From: Octopus bimaculoides
Lineage: Eukaryota
NCBI RefSeq assembly: GCF_001194135.2
Contig: NC_068997.1
Span: 28,365,733-28,429,732 of the forward strand
Reading direction: 5' to 3'
Length of the DNA: 64,000 bases
A program made the position numbers and the translations under genes. This document shows, one piece after another, positions 39,801 to 51,800 of the stretch. Under the pieces are notes generated by a model that made no database searches, was not told the origin of the DNA, and was given only the letters and a program-made list of their open reading frames with translations. Within the stretch, counting starts at the first letter, position 1. Each line of letters opens with the position of its first letter.

Positions 39801-42800
39801 NNNNNNNNNNNNNNNNNNNNNNNNNNNNNNNNNNNNNNNNNNNNNNNNNNNNNNNNNNNNNNNNNNNNNNNNNNNNNNNNNNNNNNNNNNNNNNNNNNNN
39901 NNNNNNNNNNNNNNNNNNNNNNNNNNNNNNNNNNNNNNNNNNNNNNNNNNNNNNNNNNNNNNNNNNNNNNNNNNNNNNNNNNNNNNNNNNNNNNNNNNNN
40001 NNNNNNNNNNNNNNNNNNNNNNNNNNNNNNNNNNNNNNNNNNNNNNNNNNNNNNNNNNNNNNNNNNNNNNNNNNNNNNNNNNNNNNNNNNNNNACTCTGG
40101 CACTTCATGCAAGAGCGTGCCCAAGTGGCAATTGATCGCCGCATATTGGGCCAGAAAAACCGAGCAGTGATAAGCTTTACTGTTGCTGAGATGCCCGGAT
40201 GTGACAAAGAATGAAGGGCATCAAACACAGAATGTTGATGGTTCGTAGGTACTAAAGGCCTAGGAGAACCTGTGGATGTGTCACATAATATAGAGCCTTC
40301 TGATGAAGGGAGCGGAAGATATGCAAATTTACAATTGCTGAATTTTGACGAAGTCAAATCTAAACTTGACAAAGAAGGTTGCTCCTGCGAAATTGCCAGC
40401 AAATCAATTTCCGCGGGAGTGGAAATAGAATGCACAGGAAGTCGCGAAAGAGCATCAGCTGGGATGTTCTCTTTCCCTGGCACATGACGAATGTCACCTG
40501 TAGATAGATCGCCAATAGCTCACGATCAAAAGTACTATACCTGCGTTCGGCAGGCTGTAATTTACAAAAAAAGAAAGCCAAAGGTTTTGTTTGATTGTTT
40601 ACAGTGTGCTGCAAAACAGCACCGACTGCAGAATCGGAAGAATCCACAGATAAAGAAATCGGAGCATCAGGAGCAGGATGTGCAAGAACAGGAACGGAGG
40701 ATAACTCCTGTTTCACAGACTCAAAAACAGATAACGCCTCATCAGTAAAAGTGAGTCCAGCATCCTTCTTAGAATGGCCTTGCAGTAGCCTCGTTAAAGG
40801 AAGTAGTTTGTATGCACACCGGTCAATGAATCTCCTGTAAAAATTGACCATGCCTAAAAAATTGCGCAACTGTCGCAGAGAGGTTGGAGGTGCAATGCGT
40901 TGAATTGCATCGACTTTAGCAGGAAGAGGTTTGATCCCATTAGAATCAACCAAATGTCCCAGAAAATTCAGGGATGACTGCCCGAAAAGACACTTGTCGG
41001 GATTAATCTTCGCATTATAAGCGCGAAGACGCTGAAAAAGTTGCGACAAATGGTGGAGATGATTCTCTTCCGTATCACTAGCGATGAGAATATCATCGAC
41101 ACAAGCGAATACAAAATCAAGTCCACGAACGACCTCATCCATAAACCTCTGAAAAGTGCTAGTAGCATTACGCAAACCAAAACTCATAAATAGAAATTCA
41201 AAACAACCGAAAGGAGTAGTGATGGCTGTTTTAGGGATATCCTCTGGATTTACTGGTATCTGATGATAGGTCCGTACCAGATCAATCTTAGAGAAAATGG
41301 TGCATCCATGCAGGTTCGCCGAGAAATCCTGCAAATTCCTGATGGGATAGCGATCAGCTATTGTTACAGCATTTAGTCTCCGATAGTCCCCCACCGGGCG
41401 AAAATCCGAATCCCCTTTACGGGCCAAATGTAGAGGAGATGCCCATGGGCTGGTGGAGGGTCGAATGAGGCCGAGTTGAAGCATGTGCTCAAACTTGGCC
41501 TTGGCCGTCTTAAGACGATCAGGCGCTAGGCGACGTGGTCGAGAAAAAAACCGGAGGACCAGTCGTCGTGATATAATGGAGGGTGGAATGTGCAGGTTTA
41601 ACCGGCTTGAAAGTAATATCCATCAACTCCGGAAAAGAGAATGAAAAGCGTCTCCAGCAGTGGCAATAAAAAATGCTGGGCTAAGAGGAGAATTGGTAGA
41701 GCTCCTTGCCGGTGTGGAAAGGGATGTCGATTTTCCTCTTCTTACATCACCATGAAGTGGGTTCCAGAAGACTAATTTGGCTGCTTCCAGTCCAGGGCGG
41801 TGCATGCAGTGACCAGATATTTGCAACTGTCTTTACTTGATCTTCTTGCTAACTTTCAACAGGTCCCCCATAAAGGCATACATTTGTGATATGTTGCTGT
41901 CCCTTCACATTTCAGGCATTTTTGCGCTATGATAAAATGTACAAGGGTTAGTGAATGAGCAAAGATATCACTGGGTTGAGAGGATCCTAGTCTTGTCTTG
42001 TCAAGGGTACAACAACCTTTCTAGTTCTGGTGCTATAATAAAATGCCTCCACCACACTCTGTGAACAGGTTAGTGAATGACTGGAGATACCATAGGATTG
42101 GTATAGCTCTTTAATCTTGTCTTGTTGAGGATTGTAACTCTAACTCCAGTGGTCATGGTATCATGATAAAATACACCCAACACACTATGAAGTGGTTGGT
42201 GTTAAGAAGGGCATCCACCTGTAGAAACCATGTTACAGTGAGTTGTGGTCTGGAGATGACTTTCAAAGTGGAAAAACAGATAGAATATATTTCTCTGTGT
42301 GTGTGTGTGTGTGTATGTATTGTGAACAATTACTTGTCCACATATCATCATCATCATCATCATATGTCTGTTTTCCATGCTGGCATAGGTTGGACAGTTT
42401 GACAGGAGCTGGCAAGCCAGAAGACTCCTGCAAGCTCTATTGCCTGTTTTGGCATGGTTTCTACAGCTGGATGCCCTTCCAAATGCCAACCGCTTTACAG
42501 AGTGCACTGGGCGCTTTTTACATGGCACCAGCACCAATGCTTTTTATGCAATAGCCAGTCACTAAAATTTGTAGATAAGCAATTTTAGTCACAAATTCAC
42601 ATTAATAAAGCAAAAATGTGACTCTTTTGATGTTTAAATATACACAAACCAATGTTGTTCCCAGACGTAACATGGTGTATGTGAGACATTACCCTTTGAA
42701 GTTCTGCAAACAAATATTCATGTGTTTATTGAAGTTTTATTACTTTTGGAATATAAACTTGATTCATTCCATATTTATTCGACAATGTATATGTTCTCAG

Positions 42801-45800
42801 CATGCAGCTAAATAATTGTTATGCATACTTTGGAAGCAAACACAGAAACTTATTGTATTAAAAAATTGTCTGTTCAATTAATGTTTAATGTCTTTCTATC
42901 TTTTTTTCTTTCTTTCTCTTTTTTATCGACTGTATTAAGACACCTTAGAGTTTTAAAATTCAAATCCTGTTGGAGTCATTTGTTACCTTTTGTCACTACA
43001 AGTTTGAGATGTTAGAAACCAGTAACACACATTACTGGTTTTTCACATGCCTTGCTTAAATATTCTGACTTTTGTGCCTTTCTGTGAAAATGCAAGTGAG
43101 AATTGTTCAAATAAATAACTATTGTTTACATAGCTACAACATTGATGTTCTATATGCTGATGGTTCAGGGGCCCCTTACAATCTGCAATAATTTATGAGC
43201 TGGAACTTCTAGTTTACTACTACCGTACACAGTACAACATTAATAAATTTGTATCATCATCATCATTTAATGTTTGTTTTCCATGTTGACATGGGTTGGA
43301 TGGTTTGACAGGAGCTGGCAAGCCAGACGACTCCACCAGACTCTATTGTCTGTTTTGGCATGGTTTCCACAGCTGGATGCCCTTCTAAATGCCAGCCACT
43401 TTACAGAGTGCACTGGACGCTTTTTATGTGACACCATCACCAGTGCTTTTTACATGGCACAATCAGCAGGGCTTTTTACGTGACACCATCACCAGTGCTT
43501 TTTATGTGACACCATCACCAGTGCTTTTTATGTGACACCATCTGCAGTACTTTTTACGTGACGCCATCACCAGTGCTTTTTACCTGGCGCCATCACCAGT
43601 GCTTTTTACCTGGCGCCATCACCAGTGTTTTTTACCTGGCGCCATCACCAGTGTTTTTTACCTGGCGCCGTCACCAGTGCTTTTTACCTGGCGCTGTCAT
43701 CAGTGCTTTTTACATGACGCCATCACCAGTGCTTTTTATGTGACACCAGCACTAACAGGGTCACCAAACAACTTTCTGTTAATGCCCAAGGACATGTATT
43801 TCATTTAATTATTTAAATGAAATTTAAAATTTGCTTAATTTAGAGTGTGTTGAAAATCTGTGTTGTACCTGTATAAGAATTTCTGTTACTTGTTTTTCTT
43901 GTTCCCTTGTTCTCCATTCACTGAAACAAGGGGCAGTGTTGTAAATAAATCATTGAAACCCTAACTAAATATTAAGGTTTTGAACTAAAACTTCATCGAA
44001 AGAATATGTTGCTCTTTCATCCCAGACTGGCCTCATTGATCAAACCTTTTAGCAAAAGTAATCCAGATCTGACCATCTTTTATAGTTTTTCTTTCTCTTT
44101 TACTTATTGCGACCATGCTGGAGCACCACCTCAAAGAACTTTTTAGTCAAATGAATCAACCCCAACACTTATTTTTTTATTTTGAAGCCTGCTACTTATT
44201 CTATCGGTTTCTTTTGCCGAACCACTGGTTACAGGGACATAAACACACCAACAATGATTGTCTGGTGGTGGTGGGGACTAACAGGCACAAAGATACCCCC
44301 CCCCCCACACACATGATGGGCTTCTTTCAGTTTTTGTCTACTATATCCACTCACAAGATTTTGGTTAACCTATGGCTATAGTAGAAGACACTTGTCCAAG
44401 GTGCCATACAGTGGGACTGAACCTGGAACCATGTGTTTGGGAAGCAAACTTCTTCCCACACAACTATGCCATGTTGTATTTTTTGGGGGAGAAGCAGGGA
44501 ACTATTCAATGTACTTCTCTTTCTTAACGCCATTAATTGTGAGTTGAGGGAGACTTGGCTACTATTTCTACCATGTCAGTTAATTTCATAGAACAAGTGT
44601 CAGCAACCTGTTGCCTACTGGTAAAATTTTAGTTCTGTTTAAATTTGAAACTAAAATCTTTAGAATATTTAAAAATAAAATTAAAAAAGCATTTTAGTTT
44701 TAAAAGCAAAGTAGTAAGTTAAACATTAATCATTTAGACCAACCATATTTGGCACAAATATTCTACCTGTTTTTTGTTTAAACCAGCCAGCTCTGGCCTC
44801 TCCTCCCGATCTTACAATGTTGTTTTAAAGTTATCTTCAAAATCTTGATGTTACTGATGGATTTGGTTGACTGAAACTGAAAAGAACTTGTGTGCATGGT
44901 TTATTTATTTATTTATTTATTTTTTTTGTGTCTCCTTGAAAATTGTAAATGAGAATCACTGTCATACAAGCAGTGTCACTCATTTCCAACATTCTGTGAA
45001 AACATGTTTGACCATCAGGAAATATTACCTTGTTTGGAAACTGATGAGAGTGAATGACATGATGGGTATCTGGCCATAGGAAATCTATTTCAGTAAACCC
45101 TGCCTGACCCATGCAAGCATGGAAAAGTGGATGTTAAAATGTTGATGATGAGTTATCTCTCATACTAAAAAGTTTCCCCTCTTCTCCCCTGTGAAGTCGT
45201 TCTCTCATTGGTTTATTAAGGTTTTTTATAGTTAAGGAATATGTTGGTGAACTTGTGCTTTTTTATTTGTTTGTTTTTATGTCCTTTATGTCATGCTAGT
45301 CTGAGTTAGATGAACATATTGAAGTGTTCTTGTCATTAACCCTTTTTATGTTTTCCATGTGAAGGAGCCTTTATTTCACATGTTTTTGAAGGCACAAAGC
45401 CAGCAGACGGTTTGTTGACATGAGAAAGGACAGCAGTGTCACTGCTTGTGGGTCAGTGATTTTTGGAAGCGTACAAATGTAAACCAACATAGAGACACAC
45501 ATATGCATGCCCACACACACATACATACTCTTTCTCATACATGCATATGTGCATACATTCATATACACACATTTTTACGATTAGCTCCTCTTAGTTTCAA
45601 TCTGCCAAATCCACTGACAAGGCTTTGGGTAGGTCTGAGACTAAATTATAGAAATCACCTGCTCAGGGTGCCATGCAGTGAGATTGAACCACTAATCATG
45701 TGTAGGGAGACAAACTTCTTAACCATGTCCACAATCACTTTAATAATGTACCATGTTAAAATTGTTTTTTGTTTATTCTCGGATTAGGTTGGAATACAAA

Positions 45801-48800
45801 GACAATAAAGACGTCATGTTCCTTGCTGAAGAGTTGGTGAGTTGCTTTTCTTTGTTTTCTTTTATTGCTAGTTATGAGATATTATATGCAATAAACCTAG
45901 CATTGCATGCTTGAACTAATTAAAATTAATTTAATGCATTGAACATCCATAAATGGTTGTGTCTGTTTATTTAACTACACTGTGGATACCGTAGTTTCAG
46001 TCATCATTATGATTTCATCAGCAACTGTTATTTCTTTATCTTAACTGTTTACAACAAAATTGTATTTATAGCTTCTGTCATTAAGAGCTTTATCGATTAA
46101 ATCAGATGTACCAATTTATCTAGCTTTCGGTAAACACTTCAATGATTGCCTGCAAACTTTGGAAATAGACAAAAAAAAACAAAAAACTTTATCTTGTAAT
46201 GGTCAGGTGCTGCTTAATGACACATTTTTTTATTTTCCAGTTTCAAATCATAGTCTGTTTCCTTACAGTCTTTAGGGCTGTTCTATGGGATGACCTAGAT
46301 GAGATACAGTTTTTAGTCTTGTCCTGTTTTGAATCAAAATCCTTTTATTCAGTCTGGTACACTGACTGCTTTCATAAATATTAGTTATAATGTTATTTAT
46401 TTAATAATTATCATCATTGCAGGAGTGACTGTGTGGTAAGTAGCTTTCTTCCCAAGCACATGGTTCCAGGTTCAGTTCCACTGCATGGCACCTTGGGCAA
46501 GTGTCTTCTACTATAGCCTTGGGCCGAGCAAAGCTTTGTGAGAGGATTTGGTAGACAGAAACTGAAAGAAGCCCATCGTGTATCTATCTATATATGTATG
46601 TGTTTGTCCCCCACAACATCATTTGACAACCAATGCTGGTGTGTTTACATCCCCATAACATAGTAATTTGGCAAAAGAGGCTGATAGAATAAGTACTACG
46701 CTTACAAAGAATAATTCCTGGGGTCGATTTGCTTGGCTGAAGGCAGTGCTCCAGCATGGCTGCAGTCAAATGGCTGAAACAAATAAAAGAATAAAAAAAT
46801 TTAGTGTCCATGCTAGCATGGGCTGAACAGTTTGACCAGGACTGGCAAGCTGGAAGGCTGCACCAGACTCCAGTCTGATTTGGCATGGTTTTCTATGGCT
46901 GGATACCCTTCCTGATGCCAACAATTTTACAATGTGTAATGGATGCTTTTACATGCCACTGGCACGGGTGCCATTTGCATGACACCGGTATCTGCCACGA
47001 CTGTGATTTTACTTGGCTTGATGAGTCTTCTTCTCAAGCACAACATATGCCAAGGTCTTGGTCATTGCCTCTGTGAAGCTGAATAAATAATATAATAATG
47101 TGAGATGCTTGACCTAGTGATTAAATTGTTGCACTCAAAATCACAAGTGCTGACGTTTTGCTCTAACGGCTCAGGCATGGCTGTGTGGTTAAGAAGTATA
47201 CTTCCCAACCACTGACTTTTGGGCCCAGCCTCATTGCATGGTACCTTAGACAAATGTCTTTTACTGTATCCTTGGTCTGACCAATTCCTTGTGAGTAAAC
47301 GTGGTTGATTGAAACTGAAAGAAACCCGATGTGTGTGTGTGTTTGTATCTCCTTGTCTTGACGTCATGTGATTGTTGTAAATGACTGTCATTCATTTCCA
47401 ATATTCTGCAAAATCATGTCTGGCCATGGGGGAAATATTATCTTGCTTGGAAACAAGGTAAGGGTTGATGACAGGAAAAGCATCCAGCTGTAGAAAAATC
47501 TAGCTTGATAAACTGTCTGACCCATCCAGGCATGGAACTGTGAAATTTCAAATGATGACAATGATGGTGATGGTAACAATGATGAACTAATTTTTGCCAT
47601 TAATTTCTACTCTTTGTTTATGAATTTCTGAAATAAAGTATAAAACTGCTTCCTTTTGAGTATCTGTTGGTTGTCAGGGTTAAATTTTACCATGTAATCT
47701 TGTGTTTGAATGCTTCTTTTCTAGGTGCCAACCAATGGTCTCATTCTGAAAGGATGGTATACAACTATCACCATTGCCGCTTTTGGAAATGTGGCAACAA
47801 TTGAAACCATATCCCCACCACCTCCACCGCCTCCTCCACAGCAATCTGTGCATCGTATAAAAGGACCTGGTAGGTTTCAGATGAATCATTTCACTCTCCC
47901 TCTCCCCCCTCATCTCTTGATTAATTTATCATACAGCTGCTGTCCTAGCTATATGAAGAACATTATCACAGGCAAACATCACCAAGAGACCACTTCCAGT
48001 TGTAACTGTTGAAACCCTAAAGCTTGCCCACTTGACTAAGCGTGTATGATAAACTCCATATTAAATGTGACAGAAGTAGCAGCAATGTTTCAAGATAACC
48101 TAATTCAAAAGAATGATTACATTGGGTTATGCAAATAGGATTTCAAAATATGTTATGTAAACCACCTATCATCTTCTTTCCAGCACATCAACAAATACAA
48201 TGCTACTAAACTGGTTAGCCACGTATGTGGTTTGAAAACCAACTCCACACCATATACAATGAAAAGGAGGATCATGGAGAAATCTAAGCCATGTGTAGCT
48301 TTTAGCATGTTCAAGTTTCTTTTGTTGAACTGGAGGACACCAACCACTCCAGATTGAGTAGCTGTCTTGCAGGCTTTGGTCTCCTTTCTGTTTTATTTTT
48401 CTGCATCAGTTACATTAATTATGGTTTCTACAATCAAAATGAACAAAAATACTGGTTTTCTTACTTTTCTCTTTTTCCACCAGCTGAGTGGACTGGAGCA
48501 ACATGAAGTGTTTTGCTCAAGGACACAATGCATCGCCCAGTTCAGGAATCGAAATCAAAATCTTAGAATCATGAGTCCAGCACCTTAACCACTAAACCAT
48601 GCCTCCTCCACATGCATACATACATGTTTTTTTTTATCTTGTCTTCTTGCTTTTTTATCTCTCTACTCCATGTGTGTGTGTGTAAACACATCTTTTGTAT
48701 TTTCCTACATTGTCAGCTTTAATTGATATTTGTTTGTTGTATATTAATGTTTCTGCTTGTATTTTCACATGTTCAGCATTGGAGAACCATTCACAGTCAG

Positions 48801-51800
48801 ACAAGCAGTCAGAATGGGAACCTAGGCAACAACATCCTTTGGATTACATCCAACAACAGGTGGAACAACAGATGCAACAGCTTCAACAGCAGCATGCACA
48901 ACAGCAAGCACAACAGGCTCAGCAGCAGCAGCAAGCACAAGCACAACAGAAGCAGCAGAAACAACAAATGGTGCAGCCAAGCCAACAGCCCAAAGCAGTT
49001 CAACAAAGTGGGCAAGGGCAAACTCAGGTGCCACCGCCGTCGTCTCAGCAACCGAGCTCCCAGGTACAGCCGAGCAAGCAACCACAACAGCAACAACAAC
49101 AACAGCAGCAGCAACAAGTGGCATCATCTCAGCAGCAACAGCAGCAGCAGAAGACACAGCAGCCGAGTACAGTTGTCCACCCTCCATCCCAGTCGCATAC
49201 TGCACCCACCCAAACCCCTCTCTTACCCCTTCCTCACAGATCTTCAGATGTCTATCATCAAACTGAAGAACTCTTTGATCACAGACCTTCCTCTTCACAA
49301 GATATTCCAACACAGGAATACTCAGCCAGCCAAAGGGAATTTACTGGAGACAGCCACAAGGCTTTTAGTCAAAGAGATTCTACAGCTGATCAGACTGACA
49401 GAACCTACCGAGGAGACTTCAACGAACTCTGTTCTGAATCGAAAGAACCCATTGACACATCTGATTTCTTTGAAGAGCAGCATCGTAGCAGAAGTTCATA
49501 TGAGCGTGAGGTACATCATCGTGATGGGCGTGGCACAAGAGAAGCGGACACTGCACGGGAGTTTGATAACCAACGGGATGGTTCTCGAGAGAAGAACGAT
49601 AAAGATCCTTGTTCTCGGTCTCCCACACGTGAACGTGACTGGGACCAGTTCAAGGAGAGAGACCAAAGCAGGGACTTAAGTGATCGAGAAACTCGTGACC
49701 GAACAAAGTCTCCTCATTGTCGTTCTCGTTCACCAACAAGATCACGGTCTCCACCTGCGGAGTCTCCAAGACAAGATAGAATTGAAGATCCTGATTCTGG
49801 TAGGTTCTTTTTATTGATAAAACTCATATTAAATATTTAATTTGTTTTATTTGATTTTTAAAATTCATCTACGTTTGAATATAAGATGCATTTTTAAAAT
49901 TGAATATAGGTATGTATTTCAAAAAGAAGCAAGAGTCAGTACCCAGGAGGTCTTCATTTTTGGTTCTATTGGTTGGTGCATAATTATTGCAACTTTTTTT
50001 CAGCAAAAACATCTTTAAATGACTGTCTGACTGTCTGCCAAGCAAATGGGAACAAGTAATTGAAGTAGATGGTGAATATGCTCCAGAATAATCATTTAGA
50101 GATGTTTTTGTTACATGTTATTATTGTTTTTGTTGAATGAAATTTATTTTAAAAAAAAGCTGCAATAACTATTGCACCAACCTAATATTTCAAGTTTCCT
50201 CTGTGTGTATATACATCATCATCATAATCATCTTTTAATGTCTGCTTTTCATGCTGGCATTTTGGTGGACAGTTTGACTGGTAACTGTTAAGCTGGGAAG
50301 TGGGGGCTGCACCAGTAGTTGTAAAGTAGTTGGCATTAGGAAGGGCATCTGGCTCTAGAAATTGTTTTCTAAAACAATGAAACCTAGTGTGGTCCCTGGC
50401 CTTGCTGGTTCCTGTCAAGTCATTCAATCCATGCCAGCATGGAAAACAGACATTAAATGATGATGATTTTTTTTTCCTTGCATTGTGTTGAATTCACTTA
50501 TGTATTGAGGCCTCGTTGTGATGTTTCTAACAGATTTTTCATTCTTTTGCCTGATATTTCTTACAATAGATTGGTTTATTTCTCACTCTAGAAACCTTAC
50601 CTATGAACCAAGATGACCTGTATTGCCTCACACCTGTCCACTCTCCAAATGTGATATTTCTTTCAGATGCTGAGAATCAGGTAAGACTTCAATAACTCCT
50701 CTTAATCTGTTCATGTGTTTTTGTCTCTCCATAATTATTTGTGTGTCATTTAATGAGATGGGTTAGTTAGCTTGGTAGGTGGCTGGAAGTGGCATCAGTG
50801 CATTGTAATCAGCGATGTATAACATCTGATAGTCTGATTGATCACGTAATCATGTGATCTGATAATATATTTGGTGTCACAGTAAAGGAATTTAGAGGTG
50901 AAAGCCTTAAGAGAGGGAGAGAGAGGGGTGGTGGTGGAGAAGTGTATGAGTCAGTCAGTGAGTGAGTGAAAGAGAACAATTTGTCAATAATCAGAAAATT
51001 CTGATTTCAATTTGGAATCAAAAGTTTGGTAAGAGCTCAAGTGGAACCATGTTGTGTTGATAAGGATTCTTGTGAAACGTAATGCTAAACAGATATTTCT
51101 TATTTTTTATTTTCTTCGTTTTTTTCTTTCTTTTTTGTTAAACTTATTGAATTACTCTACTTTCCCTTAATTTCAGGATGCTGATGACGGTTACGAAGAC
51201 ATCAGTTCTGATGATGATGATGATGGACTTATATGTGGTGATGACAGTGATATGCAGGTATGGTATGATCTTGTCATTATTTCTCAGCTTTCTCTAGGAA
51301 ATGTCGAGGTGTCAGGTAAATAATAAAAATATCTTGGAGGGAACCTGTGGAAGAGGTAGTCCTAGGAAGACGGGACGAGGTGGTGAAGCATGATCTTCAA
51401 ATATTGGGGCCCCACAGGGGCAATGGCAAGTGACTGAGACCTTTGGTGATATGCTGTGCTTGAAGATTCATGCTGGTGCCACATGACTGGCACCTGTTCC
51501 AGTAGCACATAAAAGCACCCATGCTGGTGGCACGTGAAAAGCACTCATTACATTCTTGGAATGATTGGCATTAGGAAGGGCATCCAGCTGTAGAAACCAT
51601 GCCAAAACAGACACAGAAGTCTGGTGCAGGCTCCGACCTGGCCAGTTCCTGTCAAATCATCCAACCCATGCCAGCATGGAAGGTGAATGTTAAACAATGA
51701 TGGTGCAGGTAGCATGTAAAAAAACACCTTTTGAGCGTGGTCATTGCCAGAACTGCCTGACTGGCTAGTATATGATATTTTTATATATTATATTTTTTTA

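Noticed and set aside
48181-48360. Strong acceptor (catcttctttccag) in VIRMA intron 5 as an extra exon
   Set aside because: The required phase-1 frame stops after 8 codons, there is no convincing donor, and there is no supporting homology.
48723-49679. 318 aa ORF overlapping VIRMA exon 6 in a shifted frame, plus antisense ORFs 48809-49313
   Set aside because: Expected shadow of CAR repeats and of a region poor in Leu/Val/Ile/Met codons, which rarely produces stops in other frames; no independent protein features.
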